Both the position numbers and the translations under genes were made by a program. This document shows positions 53,040 through 64,000 of a stretch of DNA of 64,000 bases, piece after piece (within the stretch, counting starts at the first letter, position 1; each line of letters opens with the position of its first letter). The DNA lies in assembly GCA_020184695.1 (NCBI GenBank), contig JAANOX010000278.1, positions 434,001 through 498,000 of the forward strand, in the 5' to 3' direction. The notes beneath the pieces are model-generated. The model worked only from the letters and a program-made list of their open reading frames with translations, was not told the DNA's origin and made no database searches. Origin of the DNA: Histomonas meleagridis 2922-C6/04-290x. Taxonomy: Eukaryota; Protista; Parabasalia.

Positions 53040-53365
53040 AGCACTTGAATCAAATTGTTCATTTTGCATAAGAAACGCTATTGCAATTGCTTAAAATTCT
53101 TATGGAAGAGCTTTCTTCTTTAAAGTTTAATTCCATCAATTTTCAACGGAATTACTTGTTCTAACCAGAAAGAAGTTCAGCATTTTGTTTAACAGATATT
53201 ATGATAATTCGTTCCTTTTTAATCCTTGAACTCTCTCCCTACATTTTTTAGCAATTCTTCCCGAGAGAAGCTCATCAAGTAAAATTCCACGTTCAATTTC
53301 TATTATGGGAACATCTTCGAAGAAGTTGTTGAACGATCTTCTCTTGATGCTCCTGAGCTCATTCC
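53040..53365 (-). pseudogene. Decayed copy of the Myb gene at 20076-20894
   Basis: LLSGRIAKKCRER and LLSG-RTSNSVEN*WN*TLKKK. Plus-strand 53110-53185 aligns almost base-for-base with 20357-20430, and ttgatgctcctga is shared. Confidence 0.82.
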
Positions 53366-53489
53366 GTAATTTAATGGAAAGCCGCACAGTTTGCAAAGTA
53401 AATACTATGTTTAACCACATCACAACAACAACAATAACATGAAATATTTAACGGTCTCTAATTTATTCAAATACAAAAAGTGCCATACA

Positions 53490-55382
53490 ATGAACTCGGA
53501 CGACATTCTCCAGCGCCAGCTCCAAATGATCGGCTACAAAAAGGCCTCTTCAATTCAGAGCTTCGGTGACATTACTTCGGACCAATTTATTGATATAATT
53601 CTTTACATTTTCAACCAAATTCCTCAAACGGCAAATCAGCTTTCTGCTCCACCCAAATCACACTCCGCTTTGTTCAAGTACACCACTCAAATGGTTAGTT
53701 TGATGAGCTCTCTTGGATACTATGGCGATTTACGATACGACAATTTCATGTATCCAAAGGCAGACAAAACTTATGATGTCCTTCGTTTCCTTCTTGAGAA
53801 GGTACCACGATCGGAGTCAGTCGCGACAAAGACGACAACCTCAGTCACTCCACTTTCCTTGTCGATATCCTCTGCAATTTCCACCTTCTCCGAAGCCCAA
53901 AAGCAGAAGAACAATCGCGAGCCAATCGCTCAGCCACTTCCCCTTCTTAATTCCTCTCTCCCAGAGCAAACTAAGTCGTCCATAAAATCAATTCTCAAAC
54001 AGCCAAAGATCCCATTCATCGCCGTCCCAATCCTCAGCAACTCCATTCCGTTCAACAAACAATGCGGCCCCAACTCCTTTGCGTCACTTCTTTCCCGCAA
54101 CGATAGAGAAAGTGACATCGACACTTTTGTTCTCCCTGAGGCCGATGAAGAAATCGCAACCAAACAGACCTCCACAAAGTCGCTACAAAAAGTCGCCAAA
54201 CGTGCGTTTGCGACTTCACTCTCATCGACGGAAGACGTTTCCATATCGGCGCAGCCAACGTCGACGGCGCCATCGGCCAAAATCAAATCGCGACTTGAGA
54301 ACATCGCACGTTTTGAGTTCGGTATCTCCGACACTAAAATCGGCGCATCTGTAGTTGTGCCAACTGTCGCAGCATCGTCACTCGTCAGTCGTGAAGCGGA
54401 AATACAACAAACAGAAGAAGTGCAACAGATAAAAGATGTGTCTAAAGAGCCGAAGTTAACAATGGAACAAGTGCGCTCGATAAAAGCTGAGCAACATGAA
54501 GAACTCCAAAGTACAGTTGAATTACTTCAAGCGACAGAACAAAAAGTTGCGGAAATCGAAGACCAACTTGAGGCCGAACGTGAAGAACTTAACACAATAA
54601 CAGTGGATCTTCAGTCATTGATTAATGAGAATGAGAAACTTGAAGCTGAAGCTGAGCGAGTTAAAAACGTTGCAACTGTATCGACATCAGATTCGACACA
54701 AATCAAACAATTGAAACGTGATCTAATCGATAGTACATCCGAAATTTTGGATATCGCGAACCAATGGGAACCAAAGAGGAAGCAATTAATCGCTGAGTAT
54801 AGAGAATTGACGTCGTTCTTGAAGAGGAGAAAAGAAGATCGTCAATTACAAATGGCGAAACTTGCGAAGTTAAAGAGACAATTACAAGAAGGTGAAGAAA
54901 AAATGCAAAGTTTCGACGTGTCTATTAATGAGCTTAAGAATGCATTGGAAGCAAGAGGTGAACAAATGCCTAGACATCATTACGTTGAAATGATATTCGA
55001 TATGATTAAGAAGATATCGAAGCAAGAAGCTGAGGTCGAAAAAATGAGAGTCGATTATATCGCTGAAAATCAAAGAATGAATCAAACAGTGGAGACCGTT
55101 AAGAGAACATGGATGTTATTGGACGAAACAATTTATTCGGAAGCTAAGAAGAAGAAAGAAGAATGGATGAATAAGTCGTATAGAATGGTGGTGGAATTGT
55201 TGACTATATTGGAAAATACATCAGAAAATGTAGAGTTGTCAGGTAAATTAAGTGCACAAGCAATGGAATTGGAATCGAAGATCGATAAAATTAAACAACA
55301 AAACGATCCAAAGGCATTGAAGAGAATATTGAAGGATTTGGAAGAGGTAAAAGAAGAAATTAAAGAACTCGAAAGCAGATAA
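53490..55382 (+). CDS. CCDC22: CCDC22 (Commander/CCC complex subunit)
   Basis: N-terminal CH-like region (DIL..QL..IG, LGYYGD..Y.NF.YP, LRFL.EK.PR). C-terminal coiled coil with R.HY..MI.D....I.KQ..E and LDE.IY.EAKK. Confidence 0.85.
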   Translation: MNSDDILQRQLQMIGYKKASSIQSFGDITSDQFIDIILYIFNQIPQTANQLSAPPKSHSALFKYTTQMVSLMSSLGYYGDLRYDNFMYPKADKTYDVLRFLLEKVPRSESVATKTTTSVTPLSLSISSAISTFSEAQKQKNNREPIAQPLPLLNSSLPEQTKSSIKSILKQPKIPFIAVPILSNSIPFNKQCGPNSFASLLSRNDRESDIDTFVLPEADEEIATKQTSTKSLQKVAKRAFATSLSSTEDVSISAQPTSTAPSAKIKSRLENIARFEFGISDTKIGASVVVPTVAASSLVSREAEIQQTEEVQQIKDVSKEPKLTMEQVRSIKAEQHEELQSTVELLQATEQKVAEIEDQLEAEREELNTITVDLQSLINENEKLEAEAERVKNVATVSTSDSTQIKQLKRDLIDSTSEILDIANQWEPKRKQLIAEYRELTSFLKRRKEDRQLQMAKLAKLKRQLQEGEEKMQSFDVSINELKNALEARGEQMPRHHYVEMIFDMIKKISKQEAEVEKMRVDYIAENQRMNQTVETVKRTWMLLDETIYSEAKKKKEEWMNKSYRMVVELLTILENTSENVELSGKLSAQAMELESKIDKIKQQNDPKALKRILKDLEEVKEEIKELESR

Positions 55383-55930
55383 GTAAAAGGCCAATTAACT
55401 TGATGTGGTTTTGATGCACTATTGAAATTTCGAATGTAAAGCTTTGAAAATTAGCTTTGGAAAGAAGAAAAAAAACAGCGATAAAATATTTGGATATAAA
55501 CAAAAGGAGCTGCGAAAGAAGTTTTTGATTATAAGCATTACAATAAAATATAGACTACAGAAAAAACATGTATGCCGACACCTTAATATAACCTAAGCCT
55601 ACACTGTAGCATTATTCATAGATAACATACTTAGTAATATTTATTTACTAAAAATTTTTTCGATTTAATTATGTAAATTTCGAGATATTCCTATTTTTAA
55701 CTCACTTCACTAAGGAGAAGGTTAACACAAAAAATTTTTTTTTCGTTTTTCTTTACATATTTTAATTAATTCATATTTTTGGGACTGAGTATACTTAATA
55801 GATATTAAAATTTCAATTTGCCAAAAAACTTTATAAATATTTATGATTTATCTAAAATTATGTTGTTTGTTTAAAGTTTTTTCGCAATCTATTTATGATT
55901 AACTTTATTACAAAAAGATTTTCTCAATAT

Positions 55931-57049
55931 TTATTGACACATGCGGTGCACTATTTGTGTACCTTCTTCATCGTATTCATCACGTGTGATAACGCATTGT
56001 GGGAACCAATTGAGTGATGCAAAGATAGAGCCGCCTATCCAAACTCCATACCTAAGTTCTGGTGGAGCAATGACTTTAATACACATTGATGGTGGAGCAA
56101 TGTTTACTATTTCCTTATACATTCGTTCTGGAAAACCTTTTAACGCTGTGTTTCCTCCTGACACAACAATATTTTGGTAAAAGCTCTTTTGTTCCTCTAT
56201 TTTAAATGAATTAATTGAATCATAAAAGATTCGATGAATTCCTTTCTCTTCGAATCCATTTAACATTGGTTTAAAAAGAAGTTCTCCACATTTAAATCGT
56301 TCTTCACTAATATTTATGATGTCTTTATTTGGGAGTGTATATTTTATTTCACGAATAGATGAAGTCGAAAATTTATATCTTTCTTCATCATAATCAATTG
56401 CAACATAAGAATGTTTTTCTTTAATGTCGCGAATAATGTCCTTTTCTGCATTTGAAATAAAAGTATTTTCATGTTCATTAATAAGTATTTGGAGATAATC
56501 TGTGATACTTTCACCAGCAAGATTTGTTTTTCGAGCTTCAGTTTTTCTACATTTGAATTCATAAATTGGAAGAATTTGTGAAACACCTCCCCCAGATTCA
56601 AGAACAATTCCTGTTTTAGTTCCTGATGCAAGTAATGGAAGATATGGTTGATAAGCAACATAAAAAGCTGGAACATTAAATGTCTCAAATTGAATCTGAA
56701 TCATTTTTTCCCGATTAGATTTCGGATTTAATATTGCATCTGTAAGGAGAACTGGATGTTCGGTTACATCTACTTTTAATTTGTTATTATATAGATAGCT
56801 CCATATTTTTTCCATATTATCCCAATTTCTAATCACCCCATGTTCTATTGGATAATTTAAAATATATTTACTTATGTCAGATATAACTTCATCACCAATG
56901 TATATATCTTTAGATGATGAATTCATTTTTGAATGGCCGATAATTGATGGAATAATTGTACAAGGCGATTCTTCACCAGCATAACCTGCTGCACACATGC
57001 TTGATCCATTATCAATGACTAACACTTGAATTTCACAATCAAAACTCAT
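55931..57049 (-). CDS. Divergent actin-family protein
   Basis: VIDNGS.M..AG.AG, YPIEHG.I.NWD.MEKIW, EHPVLLT, FETFNVPAFYV, EERFKCGE.LF.P and YGVWIGGSI.ASL. Confidence 0.92.
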   Translation of the reverse strand: MSFDCEIQVLVIDNGSSMCAAGYAGEESPCTIIPSIIGHSKMNSSSKDIYIGDEVISDISKYILNYPIEHGVIRNWDNMEKIWSYLYNNKLKVDVTEHPVLLTDAILNPKSNREKMIQIQFETFNVPAFYVAYQPYLPLLASGTKTGIVLESGGGVSQILPIYEFKCRKTEARKTNLAGESITDYLQILINEHENTFISNAEKDIIRDIKEKHSYVAIDYDEERYKFSTSSIREIKYTLPNKDIINISEERFKCGELLFKPMLNGFEEKGIHRIFYDSINSFKIEEQKSFYQNIVVSGGNTALKGFPERMYKEIVNIAPPSMCIKVIAPPELRYGVWIGGSIFASLNWFPQCVITRDEYDEEGTQIVHRMCQ

Positions 57050-57410
57050 CAAATGTCAAAAAAGAGGAAGAAAGTGAACACAATTTTGGCATTTTTTGAC
57101 CATATTCAAATAAATTATACAGTAAAGTATTTAAACAACAACTGTTATTTCCTAAAAACGATTAACTCATTTTATTGCTGATAATTATTTTAATACTTTA
57201 TCACAAATTTTTTGCAGTGATATAAATAATTTATGAATAAGAAAGTTATGGATAAATTAATCTCAGGAAGAATATGATATAAACATTTTCTCATTGAGTC
57301 AAAAAAATGGTGAAACTTGCAAAGTTAAAGAGATTTTCAAGATGTTAATATTTATTATTAAAAAAAGAAAATAGTTTTAAATATCAAAGCTTATTTTATA
57401 TTAAACAAAA

Positions 57411-58290
57411 TTACATTTGCACGACAAATATGTCTTCTTTGAAATCAGCAAAAGGGTCTTCTTCAATTGTCGGTATAGAAATTCCTGTTAAAAATGTATT
57501 TGTAGTTTCTTTTTCGTTGACATTTTCTTCTGAACTTTCGTTTATAATATTTTCTGCTTTTTTGTTTCGAATTCGAATCAATAATATGACGAGTAGTGTC
57601 AAAATAATCATAACTATAATAACAACACAAACAATAATAATAATTGTTGTTAGATTATCATTACTTAGGAATTAATTTATATTTATATATGTATAAAAAT
57701 TTGAATAATAATTATAATATGTTGAATAAATAACAATTGTGTAATCATAGTAAATAAATTTAGTTTCAATATATGAAAACATTGAATTACGTAAAAATAA
57801 TGAAAATGATTTGATTTGAGTTTCATAAAATGTTAATTTATGTGTAATTAAAATGGTGAATGTATAAGAAAATGATAAAGTTAAATAACTTTGAAGTGAT
57901 TTCACAAATGTATTCAAATTGGTGAATGCACTTGATTTATGTGTTTGATTGTGTGTATGTGTTTGATTTAATGAATGAGTTTGATTATGTATATGTACTT
58001 GATCTAGTGAAAGTATTTGATTGTGTGTATGTACTTGATTTAATGAATGAGTTTGATTGTGCATATTTATTTGAACTTGAAAATGATTGAGTAAATAACA
58101 GTTTACATTCACTGTAAATGGACCAAATCTTGTATCTTCATATGTTGGATATGTAAGAACTGTTGCATTAACTGAAAAAAATGCACTTTCTCCAATCGAT
58201 AGTTGTGAAATACCGTAATAATAAATATATTTAAGATTATTATGCGAAAATGCACTTGTTGCAATCGCTGATAATATCTTTACCCAATTA
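57411..58290 (-). pseudogene. 5'-truncated BspA-like surface-protein pseudogene (end of LRR region, FTxS hexamer stalk, TM, DPF tail)
   Basis: ILSAIATSAFSHNNLKYIYYYG..IGESAF..TYEDTRFG; frameshift into FTQSFSSSNKYAQSNSF repeats with a stop; TAA before the TM IIIIVCVVIIVMIILTLLVILLI; tail EEDPFADFKEDIF. Confidence 0.75.
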
Positions 58291-59264
58291 AAGTGGAAAC
58301 TAAAGAAGGATTAACTTCAATTGGTTATGCATTTAGTGGTTGTTATAGTTTAAAGTCAATCATATTACCTAATTCTCTTCTTAACATTGGCTCATATGCA
58401 TTATATTCGACTTCATTACAAAATATTACATTAGGAAATAAAATAAATATTATCAATAGTTATACGTTTTCAAAATGCACATCATTAGAAAATATTATAA
58501 ATGGAAATAATATAAGCAAAATTGGTTCATGTTCATTTTATGATTGTAAATCATTATTAAATATTCCGTTTGATAATAATTTAATTAAAATTGGTTCAAG
58601 TTCATTTGATAATTGTATATCATTTCAAACAATTAGACTTGGAAATAATTTAAAACAAATTGGTTCATATGCATTTTATAATTGTACTTCATTACAAACC
58701 ATTACATTTCCTGGTTCACTTCGTTATATTCATGAAGGTAGTTTTGAATATTGTACTTCATTAGTTACAATAATCTTTGAATCTAATATAACCGGGGTTG
58801 GAGCGTATGCATTTTATGAATGCACATCATTAAATTGTATTTATTATCACAGTGATAAATACGTCGATGTAGATTCCTATGCTTTTAGTGGTGTAAAAAC
58901 AGAGTGTGTGTATGTTGATAAGTCGTATCCTTATGAAAAATTTGGAGGTCTCGAAGTTAAAAAAGGATTTCCTAAATGCACTGCATCGACGATTAATCGT
59001 GATCTATCTGGAATACTTATACCAACACTTTGTTCTATAATACCTTTTTTTGTTGTAGGAACGACATTTGTTGTTTTTATACTCATTCGTCGTAAACTAT
59101 TAAGTGTTCAACCGGATGATAATTCTCAATTAAAACAGTCATTAATTATCGAAGAAGAACTACTGGGAAATGAAGAATTAGAACCAAAAGTTCAGTTAGA
59201 AAACGAAGAAAAACAAGTGAATTCAAGTGAATGTCAAAAAGAATCATTAGAAGATTATACTTGA
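58275..59264 (+). pseudogene. Headless BspA-like (TpLRR) surface-protein ORF, intact from the LRRs to the stop
   Basis: Repeated IG.YAF..C.SL..I LRR units, a TM and a cytoplasmic tail. There is no Met in the whole frame, and an in-frame TAA lies at 58272. Confidence 0.78.
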
Positions 59265-60213
59265 TTTGATAACCCTTACAATGATGTTGGTAATGATTTC
59301 ATTTAGTTTGATGTAATTTTATAAATGCACTTTTTTAATAAAAATTATTTTTATTTTTTCATATCTATTTTTAAGTATAAGAAGTGACTTAGAAGTGAAT
59401 TTAATTATTGAGATAAATAAATATAAAACATTGCGTTTTGAATTCAAAAATTATAGATTTTAATAATTATATTTAATTTTGAAAAACTCTATAAAATCAA
59501 AGTTGATCCGTAATAAAATTCATTAGATGTTATCTACATTTGATTCACTAATGAACCTTTTCTGTCAAAGCGATACATAGTTTTTCCATTCCTCTTTTTT
59601 TTTAATCCGAATACAAAAAAAAATATACATAACACTTCATTGTGGTTTATTTATGTGGTAGATTTTAACCAAGATGAGAATGAAATTCATTTCTAGATAT
59701 CTTTTTTGGGTAACAAATTCTTCTCATGAGATTTTCGCATTAACTTTGATGATGGAAAGCATTAGATAATCAGAAAAAAATAGAAAAATTTTTAATACCA
59801 CAAAATTTAATGAATTTTTTATCCAAGTTTTAACCACTCTATTGTATTTTTTTATTGTGATGTATTTATGCTATTGGTATTTACCAGTAATAAACATTTT
59901 TTTTTTTTTGGAAATAACATTTGGAAATAATTAAAGTTATTTTTGTCAGCGCTTATGTATGCATCCGAAAATATATTGATATTCATGCTAAAGATATTTT
60001 TTTCTTGTATTTAAAATCAATTTTTATGATATAATATTTTATAATAATATACTCTCACAAAAACATTTTTTTTGTAATTATAATATTTGATTGGCTTTTT
60101 TTAGCTCCAAAATATTTCATTAATATTTTAATAAGCCTTTTTCATCATGTTTTATTTTTATCTCACCAATTGAGAACATAACCGAAAATTTGATTCAATT
60201 CCCATCCTTCAAA

Positions 60214-63200
60214 ATGACAAATCTCTCCAACAAGACAAAGATTCTCAAAACATTATTTAAGGAAGTTATAGAACACAGCAAGTGCGCATTGATCTGTTCT
60301 AAGCAGCTTGAAGCTATTCTTCCATCCATAATCACATATCGAGATAAGTTATTAAATTCAAATCTTAAAATCAGTGGTTTATCATCAAATTTAGTAACTA
60401 TGCACATCGAAACTATAACCACAATACTCTCTAATTTTGATTTACTTCTTCAACTCTGTTCAAAAAATTCATGGCCGAAACTATCTCTTTCGCTCTCAAT
60501 TTCAACGCCTTTCAACGAGATAAAAGATATTACACAACGACTTGAAGAAGAGTTTAAGCAATTACAACTTGGAACAACACCAATAACAATTCCGAAAGCC
60601 GCTATTGAGCAAGACCTCAAATATGTGTTTGATGTTTACAGTGCATCCGAATCCAAAACACCGAAAGCCAAAGATCAGCTGAATCTTGTCAAAAATTTAT
60701 ATTCAGCATATGATATCAATGTTCCATCTTCACCATCCAAAGTTGATGACATTGTTTCACAAGCGGGAAATTGGGAAATCAATTTAAATCAAATTTCGGA
60801 TGACCTTCAAATCATTCTTGGATCCTCCCAATCTTCATTGTCGAAAACTACAATTGTCGGCAAGAAAGACGAAATATTCCTTCTCAGGATCGTTGCCAGA
60901 AATCAGCATGTACTTGACCGAGCGCAACGTGAGCTCATGTTGTTATCGACATTGAAGCATAAGAATATTGCAAATTTTGTAGGAGGCTCCATCAAAAACG
61001 GCATTACGTGCGCGTTCAAATATGGCAGCAACTCCATTTTATCCAATTTACTTCGTCAAGTTGATGGTGCGTCACCATTAGAATTAACGAAAATTGCGTA
61101 TGGAATTGCATGTGGCATGAACTACTTACATAGCAACAAGATCTTACATCGTAACCTTAACTCCAATGCTGTTATTCTTGAGAAAAAGAACAAACCATTA
61201 TTATGGAATTTTGGTATTTCATCCCAACTAACAAACCCAACGATAATGCCACCAGAGTATCTTGAGTCCGGTGTTTACACACGTAAATCCGATGTATATC
61301 AATTTGGTTTGTTATTATGGGAAATTGGTACCCATATGAGACCGTTTGGGATGGACTCGTCAGAAACCGTTAAAATTAACGTCATCCAGAAACATTTGAG
61401 GCCCCCCATCAATGACACTTTTACTCCGCATATGAAACAATTAATTGAAGATTGCTGGGCACAGAACCCTAAGGACAGGCCGACTTTCCCACAAATTCTT
61501 CGACGTTTTGAGACAGGCAACATCTACTTTTTGAATTCTTCCACACAAAACGTGTCAAAATATTTCAAGAAGATTCGAAGTGATTTGTGGAAACCAGAGA
61601 AAGTCACTGATGCTAAACTTAAAGACTTTGTTACTGCGTATTCAGTTAAAGGGAAAGGCGCAATTAAAACTAAAGCGATTACTGAATTTGTTGATAAGTC
61701 AGATAAAGAGACTTTAATTAAAGCCATTTCACATGGCATCGTTAACAAGATGAAAATACTTGTTAACAAAGCTGAGAAGAAACAAACTATCATTAATACA
61801 TTATGTAAATTATTGTCACATTCAGAAGTCGGCAAATATGCAATTAAAAGTTTCATCTTTTCCGATGGTGTCAAATGTATCATTAATTTAATCAATGATA
61901 AGAACAACAAAGAATATGGATACAAAATCATTACGACAATTGGAAATAATTTGTCATCGACTTCTGCATGTCAATTATTACCTTATGTATTAAAAGATAA
62001 TAACTTAAATGTGTGTAAATCATTGGTGATATTGGGCGGTAAGGAATCGGCAAAAATATTGAACGAAAACATCGAAACTTTAACAGACGCATTAAAAGAT
62101 CAAAAGATGAAAGAAGACGCTTCGTTCCTAATACAGTTTTATCTTGAAAATGTATCAGCTCAAGAATATGTTAAAAGAATTACTGTCCTCGATGCAATAT
62201 CGATTGGAGATTTAATATTATTGAAACGTTTGATGATGTATAATGAATTTATCGAAACATTTTCAAATGATCAAATTATATCTTTATGTCAATTAATTGT
62301 AAATGGTGGAAATGAACAAAAACAATGCGCTTTGTTATTTGCATTAAGTTTAGGTCCGGAATTTTATCAAGTTATTTCACAATTCCCGAATTTCATTAAT
62401 TCGATTTTAGATATTAATAACATTGAATTAGTTAGTCGATTCATTGTAAGAGTTACACGTTTCCCTCAATCGTGTGAATATTTGTTAACGAATAAGTCCA
62501 ACATATTCGAAAAGAACTTTAATAATTCTTGGTATATAATCGCTTTAAGTCGAATTGCTTCTTATTACCCAACCGCCGTATCGTCACTATCGTTTGTCAA
62601 AAATAAAATCAAAGAAAACTTGAATGACATGAAAAATATTGAAGCAACTGTTCGATTATTAGGTACACTTTCTAGATGTAATAATTTTTGGCAAGATAAT
62701 GAACTAATTAAATTATTATTTAAGATATTAGAATCAGGTATTATTACAACATTAGAGAAAATATTAATTTTAAGTGTTATATCAAATGTAACTGATTTCA
62801 TATCTATTGGAGATGAATACTTCTTACAGTTATTGTCAATTGCTGAAAATGATGGTAATATTTCGGGTATAGCTTTAAAGGTTATATCTACAATCGAATT
62901 ACCAAATAAGCCTTCAAGAGAATTGTTGAGATTATTGATATTGTTAAAGAACGCTATCGAAAAAGGTGATGATAATGCAAAGGCTGCAAGCTCGAAAATT
63001 ATCGAAAAGTTGGCATCAAACGCAAATTTAAGAGAAATGTTTCAAATCCAAAAGTTCGATCAAACAATTGTGAATGCGTCCGCTAATGAAAGTGATCCAA
63101 TGACTTTTATAGCTTTGATGTCTGCACTCGATAAATTGGAAGTGACGCCGAACCCTCAAATTTTGTCATTGTTCGATAATATGTTGATGAAATCATTCGG

Positions 63201-63267
63201 TGATCACGAGGCTTCGGAAGAATTCATGGAACTCAGGAGGAGAATGCGGCTGAAGGCGAAGTGGTAG
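60214..63267 (+). CDS. TKL-like pseudokinase with N-terminal helical bundle and C-terminal ARM/HEAT repeats
   Basis: LKHKNI..FVG, IA.GM.YLH, HRNLNS (catalytic D to N), WNFG (DFG to NFG), PPE, DVYQFG.LLWEI, PF and CWAQNP.DRPTF. ATG at 60214. Confidence 0.82.
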   Translation: MTNLSNKTKILKTLFKEVIEHSKCALICSKQLEAILPSIITYRDKLLNSNLKISGLSSNLVTMHIETITTILSNFDLLLQLCSKNSWPKLSLSLSISTPFNEIKDITQRLEEEFKQLQLGTTPITIPKAAIEQDLKYVFDVYSASESKTPKAKDQLNLVKNLYSAYDINVPSSPSKVDDIVSQAGNWEINLNQISDDLQIILGSSQSSLSKTTIVGKKDEIFLLRIVARNQHVLDRAQRELMLLSTLKHKNIANFVGGSIKNGITCAFKYGSNSILSNLLRQVDGASPLELTKIAYGIACGMNYLHSNKILHRNLNSNAVILEKKNKPLLWNFGISSQLTNPTIMPPEYLESGVYTRKSDVYQFGLLLWEIGTHMRPFGMDSSETVKINVIQKHLRPPINDTFTPHMKQLIEDCWAQNPKDRPTFPQILRRFETGNIYFLNSSTQNVSKYFKKIRSDLWKPEKVTDAKLKDFVTAYSVKGKGAIKTKAITEFVDKSDKETLIKAISHGIVNKMKILVNKAEKKQTIINTLCKLLSHSEVGKYAIKSFIFSDGVKCIINLINDKNNKEYGYKIITTIGNNLSSTSACQLLPYVLKDNNLNVCKSLVILGGKESAKILNENIETLTDALKDQKMKEDASFLIQFYLENVSAQEYVKRITVLDAISIGDLILLKRLMMYNEFIETFSNDQIISLCQLIVNGGNEQKQCALLFALSLGPEFYQVISQFPNFINSILDINNIELVSRFIVRVTRFPQSCEYLLTNKSNIFEKNFNNSWYIIALSRIASYYPTAVSSLSFVKNKIKENLNDMKNIEATVRLLGTLSRCNNFWQDNELIKLLFKILESGIITTLEKILILSVISNVTDFISIGDEYFLQLLSIAENDGNISGIALKVISTIELPNKPSRELLRLLILLKNAIEKGDDNAKAASSKIIEKLASNANLREMFQIQKFDQTIVNASANESDPMTFIALMSALDKLEVTPNPQILSLFDNMLMKSFGDHEASEEFMELRRRMRLKAKW

Positions 63268-64000
63268 TAAATGACGCGCATCAAATAATATTTGATGCGA
63301 TAATTAAAAATTTTTTTGATTTTATGACTTTGATGTGATTTAATTAACACGATGTGAAGTGAATGAATTGAAAACCGAATTCAGTGAACGAATTTTGGTG
63401 TATAATGTGCGTACGAATAAGCTATGGCTGGTGTTTATAAATTTGTTGGTAATGAGAAATTAATTTGTCGCTCGAAAAAATGCATTGATAAAATTATCAA
63501 AAATCATTTGTGTAAACTTTGTTCATCATTGATAAAGAATATAAAATCATATATGCAAAATTGATGAACACACTTAGATAAATATAAGAATAGTTATGAA
63601 GATTTGTAAAAAATTCAAAAAAGTGGTTTTATCATACCTATAATCTGATGCATCCACATTATTCAACTGATCTCAGATCATGTAATTTTTGATTTTTCGG
63701 AAGAATATATATATATATTATAAAAGATGAATATGATTTAAAAATCATGCATTTTCAACAGTAGATAACGATAAGTTCTTAAGAGCTTTAATGAACGAAT
63801 GGAAAATTTAAACCAAGTAATTGAGCAAAGTCAATTTACTAATTAAATAAAAATCATATGAAAAATCTCTTATGAAATCGGAAGGAATCAATGTTTGTTT
63901 GCCTTCTATATTAAACTTATAATTATTTTAACTTTGTTGTATTTAATTTGAGTTAAAAAAATATATAATTATTAGAATAACTTTGTTTATTCATTTCAGA

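Noticed and set aside
1-64000. Non-ATG (TTG/GTG) starts in the ORF track, and a possible alternative genetic code
   Set aside because: Conserved genes (eS6, RanBP1, CFAP20, dsdA, CCDC22) have proper in-frame ATGs and use TAA, TAG and TGA as stops, so starts were moved to ATG.
1-64000. tRNA, rRNA, intact transposase or canonical ACTAAC...AG introns
   Set aside because: None was recognised by eye on either strand. A tRNAscan/Infernal run would be needed to exclude short ones.

Overview
AT-rich, gene-dense, nearly intron-free eukaryotic DNA, most likely from a parabasalid protist (Tritrichomonas/Histomonas/Trichomonas-like). The taxon is inferred from BspA-type LRR genes, XYPPX choline-transporter-like genes, DUF3447/ankyrin relics, a Myb gene and Inr/M3/M5-like promoter motifs. 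There are about 35 protein genes, including Raptor, XMAP215/TOG, RanBP1, eS6, Isy1, CFAP20, CCDC22, an actin-like protein, several kinases and a bacterial-type D-serine dehydratase. Several pseudogenes and two frameshifted genes are also present. I could not support any rRNA, tRNA, CRISPR array or intact transposon. Most notable: (1) an ankyrin gene broken at the same position in each repeat by GTTT-starting, T-rich intervening sequences that lack a 3' AG; (2) a Vti1-like SNARE with a C2-like domain after its membrane anchor; (3) a probable SYCP2/Rec10/ASY3-type meiotic axis protein; (4) TACC-like repeats fused to an XMAP215 TOG protein; (5) two 5'-truncated BspA genes joined head-to-head; (6) an MLKL-like helical domain-pseudokinase-ARM protein. 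All family calls come from motifs recognised by eye; no searches were run.
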